Of a DNA stretch of 47,066 nt, positions 35,048 through 43,073 are shown in pieces; position 1 is the stretch's first letter; each line of letters begins with the position of its first letter. Made by a program: the position numbers and the translations under genes. The notes beneath the pieces are model-generated. The model was not told the origin of the DNA, made no database searches, and saw only the letters and a list, made by a program, of their open reading frames with translations. The stretch comes from Candidatus Bathyarchaeia archaeon (GTDB lineage: Bacteria; Patescibacteriota; Microgenomatia; PFEM01; JAFGMK01). Where the stretch lies: the NCBI GenBank assembly GCA_035529595.1, contig DATKWK010000035.1, positions 1 through 47,066 on the forward strand. Reading direction: 5' to 3'.

Positions 35048-36118
35048 TTATTCGGCTAATCTTTCCTTAAAGTAATCAACCCAGGGTATCAACACTGGAT
35101 TTACACCATTCAAAAAGGCTAAATAAAAACTCAAAAAACCACCGAAATAAACTGCTTCCAGCGCTTGTATCAATTTGGTTTTTCCTTGGACTGTAAAACT
35201 CTCATAGCCAAGCTTATTTTTCTTGACCACGTCCTTGGTGATTTTAATTCTCTTTTGAATCTTATCCTCGTAGAGATCCGAGTCGATAAAAAGAAACTTC
35301 AAGATTTTTCTATTTAATGCCGGATTACTTAATCCTTCAAGAAGATGATGATTCATTTCCGGTAGACTAAACCAGATCGACATCATTTTTGAATTTTCGT
35401 TTATCATATTGGCAATAGCGTGATTGGCTCCCGCCAAATGCTGTCCCGAAATAAGAACCGGGATCTTATCCTGTAGCGAAAGAGAAAGCCTTTTAGCGGC
35501 ATTCCCCTCAATGGGCGTTTCGGCAGCAAATTGAGTTTTTAGATTACGCAAATAGGTTATGGCTTCGATGAGCCAAGTTTCCTCCAAATCAATAAAGCCG
35601 CACTTCTTTAAAAATGTCAGTTGAGCAGCCATCGAATAGCCTAAGCCTAAACGCGGTTGGCCGGCGGGGTTAAATTTCGGCTCAATAAAGTAGGCCATAA
35701 GCTTGTTTTTTCTAACCATCTCTCTCAGCTTGCCGCCGGTGGTTATCACAAAAATCTGGCATTTCCTGTTGATTGCTTCTAGCGCACAAGAGAGCGTTTC
35801 TTCGGTAGTTCCGGAATAACTTGAAATAATCACTAGTGAATCTTGACCGGCGTAAGCAGGTAAATGATAATCATTAAAGACCTCTAAAGGCAGCCTAAGA
35901 TTTTCCAGGCATAAAGAGTCAATTATTCCCGCTCCTAGAGCGGAACCACCCATACCGGCAACGACAATATTTTTGGCTTGGTGAAATCGGAGCGGAATGC
36001 TTAATTGATTAACGGCTGACCACGCTTGTTCAATCTGATCGGGAAGTAATCCGATCGACTCAAGAACGGATGCTTTATCAAATTCCTTAATTTGGGCAAG
36101 ATCATCAAGCGAATTCAT
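35048..36118 (-). CDS. Bifunctional phosphoglucose/phosphomannose isomerase (archaeal-type SIS-domain PGI/PMI)
   Basis: The SIS motifs are VVAGMGGSALGAG, VIISSYSGTTEETL and ITTGGKL. The length of 356 aa and the C-terminal PGI/PMI-like domain also fit. Confidence 0.7.
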   Translation of the reverse strand: MNSLDDLAQIKEFDKASVLESIGLLPDQIEQAWSAVNQLSIPLRFHQAKNIVVAGMGGSALGAGIIDSLCLENLRLPLEVFNDYHLPAYAGQDSLVIISSYSGTTEETLSCALEAINRKCQIFVITTGGKLREMVRKNKLMAYFIEPKFNPAGQPRLGLGYSMAAQLTFLKKCGFIDLEETWLIEAITYLRNLKTQFAAETPIEGNAAKRLSLSLQDKIPVLISGQHLAGANHAIANMINENSKMMSIWFSLPEMNHHLLEGLSNPALNRKILKFLFIDSDLYEDKIQKRIKITKDVVKKNKLGYESFTVQGKTKLIQALEAVYFGGFLSFYLAFLNGVNPVLIPWVDYFKERLAE

Positions 36119-36127
36119 AATTAAACC

Positions 36128-36156
36128 ATTGTAAGCAAAATATCCAAAGTTAGCAA
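36128..36156 (-). promoter_or_regulatory. Candidate promoter TTGCTA-17-TACAAT ending 9 nt before the PGI/PMI ATG (36118)
   Basis: The reverse complement reads TTGCTAactttggatattttgctTACAATggtttaattATG. There is no SD. Confidence 0.5.
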
Positions 36157-36163
36157 GTAGAAA

Positions 36164-36961
36164 TTAGATTAATAAATGTATTAGCTGATTGTGAATTTTT
36201 CCGTTTGAAGCGACAAAAGATTTTGATTTTACCCTCCACGGGTTGCCTTTCCAATCAGAGACATAACCGCCGGCTTCTTTGACTATGACGGCACTGGCAA
36301 CCGCATCCCATGGATCGACCATACCAAGATAACCATCGATCCGGCCGCTGGCGAGCAAAACGCAGCTTAGCGGAGTCGAACCAAATTCACGTAGTTTATA
36401 AGCACTCGTTATTAACCTGCCGGCTATTTTTGAGGTTAGAGCTCGATTTTCTTTGGTTTTTCCCAAGTCAAAAGCAAGCATCGCCCGGCTTAAGGAATTA
36501 ACTTTAGAAATTTTAATTTGTCTTTGGTTAACAAAAGCGCCTTGATTCAGGCTAGCGGTATACAACTCACGATCAATCGGTAAATAAATTACTCCCAAAA
36601 CCGGATTATTTTTATACAATAATCCGATTGAAACGACAAAAAGAGGTATATGATTGATAAAATTAGCCGTTCCACATAAAGGATCAAAAACCCAGGTAAA
36701 ATCAGACTTACCAAATTCGTGGTAGCCGGTTTCTTCCCCTAACAGATTATGTTTGGGATAAAACCGACCGATTATTTTTTTAATATTATCCTCCGAGGAC
36801 AAGTCAGCCGCCGAAACAAAATCCTGAATTTCATGATTCTTTTGCCTGACAGAATTTTCTTTATGGTATTGGTCGAGGATAATTTTACCGCTTGATTCAG
36901 CTGCTTTTCCAGCAATTTGCAAAGCCTGTTGGATAAATGATTTGCTTAATAAAAAACTCAT
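36164..36961 (-). CDS. Inositol-monophosphatase / FBPase-family protein with an atypical DPLCGT motif
   Basis: The IMPase-family motifs are LLGEETG, WVFDPLCGTANF (canonical W.iDP.DGT.NF) and WDAVASAVIVKEAGG. The Cys codon TGT lies at 36674-36676 on the minus strand. Confidence 0.75.
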   Translation of the reverse strand: MSFLLSKSFIQQALQIAGKAAESSGKIILDQYHKENSVRQKNHEIQDFVSAADLSSEDNIKKIIGRFYPKHNLLGEETGYHEFGKSDFTWVFDPLCGTANFINHIPLFVVSIGLLYKNNPVLGVIYLPIDRELYTASLNQGAFVNQRQIKISKVNSLSRAMLAFDLGKTKENRALTSKIAGRLITSAYKLREFGSTPLSCVLLASGRIDGYLGMVDPWDAVASAVIVKEAGGYVSDWKGNPWRVKSKSFVASNGKIHNQLIHLLI

Positions 36962-36977
36962 TCCGAAACGGCCGAAT

Positions 36978-39107
36978 TTATAAATTCAGATACTCATATA
37001 TGGATTGTCCGTATTTAGCGGAAAAAGCCTTATCAACTTTCTTAATCGGATCTGATCCTAAAAAATCGAGCTTAGCATCAAGGCGTTTTTTTCTCATTTG
37101 TTTATTCTTTACTTTTCTTAAACGGATAATTTCCTTTTCGATCTCAAAATAGCGCATCTTTATTTTAGCCGGCAATTGCCAGAAAAGTAAAAATCCACGA
37201 TCCGGAAAATCAATCCCGATAATTTTATAGCAATATTTCATAAATGCTCTTTCAAACTCAGACATGATCTGGTTGACCTCTCCTTTCCGTTCCTTAATCT
37301 CTTGAATATTAAAGGGATGTGTTCCAATTTCAAAATACATTTTTATTTTCGGGTCAGTGCCTGAAGGCCTAACCGTAATTCTCATTTGAGAAATTTTCCC
37401 GGTCGGTTTCATGTAAAAGACTAAAACATTTCGTGAGGCAGTGTCCGTAGCTGAAAGATGCGGTTGAGGCGGTCCCTCCCATCGATCCCATATTTTGTTA
37501 ACCAGAAAATTACCGAAATTTTTAGGTTTTGTCTTTCTAAGGACTGACTGAATTTTGTTAATTTCCTCCATCCCTTCTGCTCCGAGAAGACGTATCTCGG
37601 TTAAATAGTTTTGGAAATAACCGTATCGGGCATAAATCTCATCTAAATAGTGAAGTAATGTCTGCCCGTTTTCTTTAAGCTCACCGGCAAGTTCGCTTAA
37701 CCAAACAGCCGGAATCGTGGCGTCTTTATCACGCAGATAATTTCCTGAAATATAGCCGTGACTTTCTTCAGCTCCAAAAAGAAAATTACCAATCAGCCCT
37801 TCTCTTTCAAGTTCATCCATTATTTGGCTGATATATTTATAACCAACCAATAAATCACCAATGATACGAATATTACATTTCTTGGCTATGACTGAAATTA
37901 AAGAGCTGGTTACATCCGTCTTAACAATCACCTTAGCCGGACTCAATTTACCTCTGGTTTTATATTTAGAAATGACATATTCGGTCAAAATAACCGCAAT
38001 TTCCTGGCCATTTAAGTATTGCCACTTATTATTGCCTGAATTGACCATGATACCAATCCGATCCGCATCGGGATCGGATGAGAGTAAAATATCGGCCTTA
38101 ATTTTTTTAGCGAACTCAAGTGATGTCTCGAATGATTCAACTACCTCCGGGTTAGGGATATGAAAAGTAACGTTTTCAAATCTGGGACTGGGAAAAGAGG
38201 TTTTTGGATCAAGGAATACTTTGAATCGTAACCGCTTCAGTACCTTATAAACCGAAGTTGTACCAACACCATGAAGCGGAGTGTAAGCAATAATCGCCTG
38301 ACGATTGCTAGAGAGCGATATTTTAACCGATTTATTAATATACGCTTTATCTATCTCCCGACCGACAATTTGAATCAGTCTTTGTCTAACCGCTTTCTTA
38401 AAATTAAGGCTCTCAATCTCCATAACACCTTGTGTCACCTCATTTACCAATTCTTGATCAGCGGGAGGAATCAACTGGCCGCCGAATTGATCATAGACTT
38501 TTTTGCCGTTATCACTCGGGGGATTATGACTGGCACTGAACATATCGCCACCGATAGCTCCAAGATGTCGAATAGCAAACGAAAGTTCAGGGGTGCTTCT
38601 AACATCATCAAAAAAATAGACCTTTAATCCATTAGCGGCATAGACTTCGGCCGCGGCTTTTGCCAGATCCTTACACGAGAGTCCGTAAATTGGGTTAGTT
38701 AATTTCGGGTCATAAATATCTTCCTCAAGATAAACTCTCACATCATAGGTCAAAACGACTCCTCTTTTTTTGGCGATTTGACCGAATTTCTTAACCAAAA
38801 ATTGACTGTGCCCCTGGGCTGACGACATAATCGTCCAACGATTAATTCGATTGGGGCCGATACCCACCAATCCCCGACGTCCGCCGGTACCGAAAGGAAT
38901 AATTTGGTAAAACGAATCGAGAAGAAAATCCCATTTTTTTTGCTTGATCAAGAATTTAATCTGGGGGACATAGCTTTTAAATTCCCTCTCGCTTAACCAC
39001 CGCTTCAGATAAAATAAGGCTTTTTTTTGATATTTCCCGGACACGCTCAGGGTACTAAACCCGGCTTTGGCTTTCTTAATTAAGCTTTCAAGATTACCTG
39101 CGACCAT
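36978..39107 (-). CDS. Phosphoglucomutase/phosphomannomutase (PgcA-like) with extended termini, 709 aa
   Basis: The motifs are FGTGGRRG, the phospho-Ser loop SASHNPPSDNGKKV, the metal loop SSDPDADRIG, the sugar loop GAEESHGY and the phosphate loop RPSGTDPKIKMY. About 135 aa follow the last motif. Confidence 0.8.
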   Translation of the reverse strand: MVAGNLESLIKKAKAGFSTLSVSGKYQKKALFYLKRWLSEREFKSYVPQIKFLIKQKKWDFLLDSFYQIIPFGTGGRRGLVGIGPNRINRWTIMSSAQGHSQFLVKKFGQIAKKRGVVLTYDVRVYLEEDIYDPKLTNPIYGLSCKDLAKAAAEVYAANGLKVYFFDDVRSTPELSFAIRHLGAIGGDMFSASHNPPSDNGKKVYDQFGGQLIPPADQELVNEVTQGVMEIESLNFKKAVRQRLIQIVGREIDKAYINKSVKISLSSNRQAIIAYTPLHGVGTTSVYKVLKRLRFKVFLDPKTSFPSPRFENVTFHIPNPEVVESFETSLEFAKKIKADILLSSDPDADRIGIMVNSGNNKWQYLNGQEIAVILTEYVISKYKTRGKLSPAKVIVKTDVTSSLISVIAKKCNIRIIGDLLVGYKYISQIMDELEREGLIGNFLFGAEESHGYISGNYLRDKDATIPAVWLSELAGELKENGQTLLHYLDEIYARYGYFQNYLTEIRLLGAEGMEEINKIQSVLRKTKPKNFGNFLVNKIWDRWEGPPQPHLSATDTASRNVLVFYMKPTGKISQMRITVRPSGTDPKIKMYFEIGTHPFNIQEIKERKGEVNQIMSEFERAFMKYCYKIIGIDFPDRGFLLFWQLPAKIKMRYFEIEKEIIRLRKVKNKQMRKKRLDAKLDFLGSDPIKKVDKAFSAKYGQSIYEYLNL

Positions 39108-39145
39108 TTTTCTAACTTAATAAATATCTAGGGTAACTGTTGATT

Positions 39146-39838
39146 TTATAAATCGGTAATCAGTAAATCAAGAGCTGACTTAAGCGGAAGGCTTGCTCGA
39201 CCGGTTTTCTGCTCACAGTCTATTTTAAGCAACTGCCGATGAAAATTTAACAATTTTTGCCAGGAAAATAAACTGCCTTGGCGTAATAGATTTCCCAGTC
39301 GCCAAGGCGCCAGGCCGGATAGGCCAGCTTTACCCAAGTCTTTACCGACTAATAAATCACGTGTTCGCCTGGCTAACATGTAAAAAACAAGTTCTGTAGC
39401 CTCGGTTTTCAAGGTCTGATGCATCAAATCTAAAATTAATCTGGCATTGCCAGGTTTAAATGAATCTAAAAATTTAAAAAGCAGGGGTGAGAGCTTAAAG
39501 TTCGTAATTTTTACTTTCACCGGGAAACTTTTCAAAAGTCGTCCGTCAATCTGTTTTTTATCCCAAAGAATTAGGGATGTTTCGGCCGGTAGAGCCTTTA
39601 AGTAATGTAAAAGTGTCTGTTTATCTCTGCTTGCGGGTAGAGAAAAAAAATTCTCGATAATCACCAGACGATCCTGGCCAAAAAGGGACCGGGATTCAAA
39701 TATTTGCTTCATTAACGCCAAGTCAAGTTTTTTTTCCGGAAGTTCGATCACTTCCTTGCCAGAGCCTTTAGCAGCTTCTTTGATTTTTATTAAAGCCTGA
39801 CGGCTAGCAACAATGTTGGCACCGTGTAGGATTTGCAT
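39146..39838 (-). CDS. holA: Probable DNA polymerase III delta subunit (short HolA-like)
   Basis: The N-terminal pattern is HolA-like (ESRSLFGQDRLVIIENF, LHYLKALPAETSLILW), followed by a helical C-terminal half. At 230 aa it is shorter than canonical HolA, and similarity was judged by eye only. Confidence 0.45.
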   Translation of the reverse strand: MQILHGANIVASRQALIKIKEAAKGSGKEVIELPEKKLDLALMKQIFESRSLFGQDRLVIIENFFSLPASRDKQTLLHYLKALPAETSLILWDKKQIDGRLLKSFPVKVKITNFKLSPLLFKFLDSFKPGNARLILDLMHQTLKTEATELVFYMLARRTRDLLVGKDLGKAGLSGLAPWRLGNLLRQGSLFSWQKLLNFHRQLLKIDCEQKTGRASLPLKSALDLLITDL

Positions 39839-39855
39839 TCTGTTCTTGACAATAA

Positions 39856-40224
39856 TTACTTAATCTTTTGAAATAATTTCTCTACCTCTCGGGCATCGAT
39901 TCTCCGACTACGACCCCGATGGGAAAGGAGAGCCCCGGAAAAATTTCTGGGTATATGTAATAATTCATGAATCAAGATCCGCGTCTGTTCTTCTCTCGTG
40001 AGATGGTCAAACCGCTCTTTCATAACTTCAATGCAGTAATAAGGAGACAAACCCAAAGCCTGTTGCCAGATGCGCGGAAAACTCCAGATTCTGGCTCGCG
40101 CACGGGCTTTTGAACCGGAGCTGCGGAAAGTAATTATTTTTCGTGGATCAATATAGGAAAGGGATAATTGTTTAACTAAAGAAGTGACTTTCTTTTGAAT
40201 GTCGGGTGCTTTTTGAAAAACCAT
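39856..40224 (-). CDS. Small putative zinc metallopeptidase (HExxH)
   Basis: The 122-aa protein has a single ILIHELLHIP HExxH motif near the C-terminus. The family assignment is uncertain. Confidence 0.45.
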   Translation of the reverse strand: MVFQKAPDIQKKVTSLVKQLSLSYIDPRKIITFRSSGSKARARARIWSFPRIWQQALGLSPYYCIEVMKERFDHLTREEQTRILIHELLHIPRNFSGALLSHRGRSRRIDAREVEKLFQKIK

Positions 40225-40259
40225 TTAAGCTTATTGATTAAAGGTAAATTATTTGTCTC

Positions 40260-40290
40260 AAAAAAAAACATATCCTTGATTCAACAAGAT
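40260..40290 (-). terminator. Rho-independent-terminator-like hairpin plus T9 after the 83-aa barrel protein gene
   Basis: The minus strand reads ATCTTGttgaatCAAGGATatgTTTTTTTTT. It is a 6-bp AU-rich stem with one bulge followed by a 9-T tract (plus-strand A-run 40260-40268). Confidence 0.4.
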
Positions 40291-40329
40291 TTGTTTTTCT
40301 TGCCTAATCCAAGCAAGTTTGCCGTTTTC

Positions 40330-40581
40330 TTACCCGGATATTTTTATAATCGCATCGCCTTCCTTAACCGGCTGGTCGACCTTTAAACCGACTACAGCTC
40401 CCTTTTCTGCTTGCTGGATTTGCTCATGTTCAACCTGCAATGAAGCTATTACCTGCTCAAACTCATTACTGCCGGAAATTTTGATCTTATCTCCTATTGC
40501 AATGGGTGCTAAAACTTCAATGACAGCAACGCCAATCTTATTATAATAATGATTGATTTTACCTACTTTGAAATCGGCCAT
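40330..40581 (-). CDS. Stand-alone EF-Tu-domain-2-like beta-barrel protein (translation elongation factor-like small protein)
   Basis: The 83-aa sequence is IGVAVIEVLAPIAIGDKIKISGSNEFEQVIASLQVEHEQIQQAEKGAVVGLKV...GDAI. It resembles the translation-factor domain II barrel. It has the strongest SD in the window (AAAGGAGGTG; GGAGG at 40588-40592, 6 nt before the ATG). Confidence 0.55.
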   Translation of the reverse strand: MADFKVGKINHYYNKIGVAVIEVLAPIAIGDKIKISGSNEFEQVIASLQVEHEQIQQAEKGAVVGLKVDQPVKEGDAIIKISG

Positions 40582-40633
40582 TGTTCACCTCCTTTCGCCA
40601 TTTTCATCTTCATCGTAAGACAGGCTTATTAAG

Positions 40634-43030
40634 TCAACCAGAAGTTTTTTGCTTGCCTAACAATACTTTTACCAGATGCTTGCCTTCCCGAAAATCAGGC
40701 AGAATCTTACCCTTAATTTCTTTTCCGTCTACCTGGATCTTATTGACTCCTTTACTTATTTTTTCGGGATTTCGGACTTCGATTTCATAGCGAGCTTTCC
40801 GGAATTCTCTTACTACCTGGTATTTCTTCCATCCGGGAGGAATACAAGGATCAATTAACAGGCCATCTAAGGTCGGCCTGATTCCTAAAATCCAATCTAA
40901 GCAAGCACGAAAAAACCAGGCGGCACTGCCCGTAGTCCAGGTAAACGATCCTTCACCAAAGAGCTTGCTTTCAGGGCCGTAAACAAATTCCGCATAAACA
41001 TAAGGCTCGGCCTTGTACAGTTCAGGATCCTGACCTCGAGTCATAAAAGAAGTTTTTCGCCAATAGTTATAAGCTTTTTCACCCCGTCCCAGAATACATT
41101 CGGAAATTACCGCCCAGCTCACTGGATGATTAAAAATAGTCCCATTTTCTTTAGTCCCGGGAGAAAATTGGGATATGATCCCGAGGGCGCTGTTCAAGTA
41201 AGTGTACGAAGGCAGAAATAAGCATGGCCCATAAGGGGTATTTAATAATTTATCAACCGAGTCCATCGCCTGTTTGCCTCTTTTTTCATCAGCTACCCCG
41301 CTCATTACCGGCCAAATTTGGCCATCCAAAAAAATCTTACCTTCTTTTTTGCGGTGGCTCCCAATCGCTTCACCATCATCACGGGTAGCCCGAATATACC
41401 AGGCTCCGTCCCAACAATATTTATTCAAAGCTTGTTTAATCTCTTCATAAATTTTCTTATATTTTTTAAAAAGATCACGCCTATTTTTTGCTTCCAAAAT
41501 AGGCAGCAGACGGATAATATTCCAGCACATTTGATTGGAAACCATCATTGATTCGCCCCGGCCTAAGTAACCCCCAGCCAAAGCATCATTCCAATCAGCC
41601 GTCCGGTGAAGCGCCAAGCCACGGCTACTCCTGTTGGAAACGGTATAATCAAGAGCGCTAAGTAAATGCTCAAAAACGGTATCCTTACCTCCGTTATAAT
41701 ATTTTACTTTCTGATTAAGAATTGTCAGATCACCGGACTCATTAAGATAGTCTATAATGGACATCACCAACCACTGACAATCATCGGCATGACCGGTAAT
41801 AGCGCCTTTATTTGTGAATACGTCAAAATTATGAAAAACTTTGCCATCAGTAAACTGATGTTCCAGGAGATAAATGAGCTTACTTTTGGCAAATTCAAGG
41901 TCATGTGGCAATATTCCTAATAAATGCTGGCACTCGTCACGGAATCCATAAGTAGCTCCTCCGGAAATGTAATAGGAGTCCATTTCAGACCAATGAGGTG
42001 TAATCCAAGCTTGGTATTTATTCCAATAATTAACGGAAATATCAAATTCCGGATCAGGGGTTTTTACCCTAATTTTCTCAAGATACTTTTGCCAATAAAG
42101 CTGAAGTGATTCCCATTCCGATTCAATTGCTTCGTGCCGGCTGAATTGTCGACAGCGTTTTTTAATCTCTTTCTTACTAGGCCCAACTCCTAAACAAATG
42201 TCAAAAATTATCTCCTCACCGGGTTCAACCTGAAACTGTTTCATCAAGACACCAACAGCATCTTCTCCTTGTCCACAACTTTGGCTACATCTTCCTTCTT
42301 GAATTATTTTCGGTGCAGAAAGATATTTGAAAGGCCCAAGAAATTCCCGCTTGCTACAATCGAAACCGTCAGCGCCAAGATTAGAATAGAGAAAGGCAAT
42401 CTTATCCCAGGGTAAATCTTGTCTATCAGGACGAATCCAACGACGTTTTGTGGCAAAAATTATTTCTTCCTCACACTCGGTAACATTAAAAAGCGTGTCA
42501 AAACTTCGGTCAACCAAATCTGATTGATAGTTACCAAGGCACCACTCGACATAGGTAAAAATACTGAGATTCCTTTTCTTCCAGCCAAGATTCTTTAATC
42601 TGACTGTCCAGAATTCATGCAAGCCTTTAACCGGAACAAAAAAACGAAGACTGCTCTGAATTTCTTTATTAACCTGGCAGATCTGGGTATATCCGAGACC
42701 ATGTCTTGCTTCCCAAAAATCAAACGGACTCTGAACCGGCTGCCAGCCTAAGCTCCAAAACTCCCCCGTCTCATTATCCCTGAGATAAAGATACCTACCC
42801 GGCCGGTCTTCTATTAATTCATCACCCGGCTTTTCTCTTAAAATCCGATTATAACCGGAGTCATCGACAAAAGAATAACCGCCACCGGAGTGTGAGATTA
42901 AAGCGCAATACCGTTCATTGGAAAGGTGATTAATCCAGGGCTTAGGAACATCCGGCCTGATAATTACATACTCTAAACCATCAGGCGTGAAATAGCCATA
43001 TTTTGATTTACAAATTCCACTTGAACTCAT
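40634..43030 (-). CDS. GH94 glycoside phosphorylase (cellobiose/chitobiose/laminaribiose-phosphorylase family), substrate unknown
   Basis: The N-terminus is YGYFTPDGLEYVIIRPDVPKPWINHLSN. The motifs are HGLGY, YGFRDECQH, the catalytic-Asp motif RTADWNDAL, ENGTIFNHPVSW, EPYVYAE and TWTTGSAAW. The length of 798 aa fits the family. Confidence 0.88.
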   Translation of the reverse strand: MSSSGICKSKYGYFTPDGLEYVIIRPDVPKPWINHLSNERYCALISHSGGGYSFVDDSGYNRILREKPGDELIEDRPGRYLYLRDNETGEFWSLGWQPVQSPFDFWEARHGLGYTQICQVNKEIQSSLRFFVPVKGLHEFWTVRLKNLGWKKRNLSIFTYVEWCLGNYQSDLVDRSFDTLFNVTECEEEIIFATKRRWIRPDRQDLPWDKIAFLYSNLGADGFDCSKREFLGPFKYLSAPKIIQEGRCSQSCGQGEDAVGVLMKQFQVEPGEEIIFDICLGVGPSKKEIKKRCRQFSRHEAIESEWESLQLYWQKYLEKIRVKTPDPEFDISVNYWNKYQAWITPHWSEMDSYYISGGATYGFRDECQHLLGILPHDLEFAKSKLIYLLEHQFTDGKVFHNFDVFTNKGAITGHADDCQWLVMSIIDYLNESGDLTILNQKVKYYNGGKDTVFEHLLSALDYTVSNRSSRGLALHRTADWNDALAGGYLGRGESMMVSNQMCWNIIRLLPILEAKNRRDLFKKYKKIYEEIKQALNKYCWDGAWYIRATRDDGEAIGSHRKKEGKIFLDGQIWPVMSGVADEKRGKQAMDSVDKLLNTPYGPCLFLPSYTYLNSALGIISQFSPGTKENGTIFNHPVSWAVISECILGRGEKAYNYWRKTSFMTRGQDPELYKAEPYVYAEFVYGPESKLFGEGSFTWTTGSAAWFFRACLDWILGIRPTLDGLLIDPCIPPGWKKYQVVREFRKARYEIEVRNPEKISKGVNKIQVDGKEIKGKILPDFREGKHLVKVLLGKQKTSG

Positions 43031-43073
43031 TAGGCAGTTTTCTTGATTGCTAATAAAGATCTATTAAAAAAGA

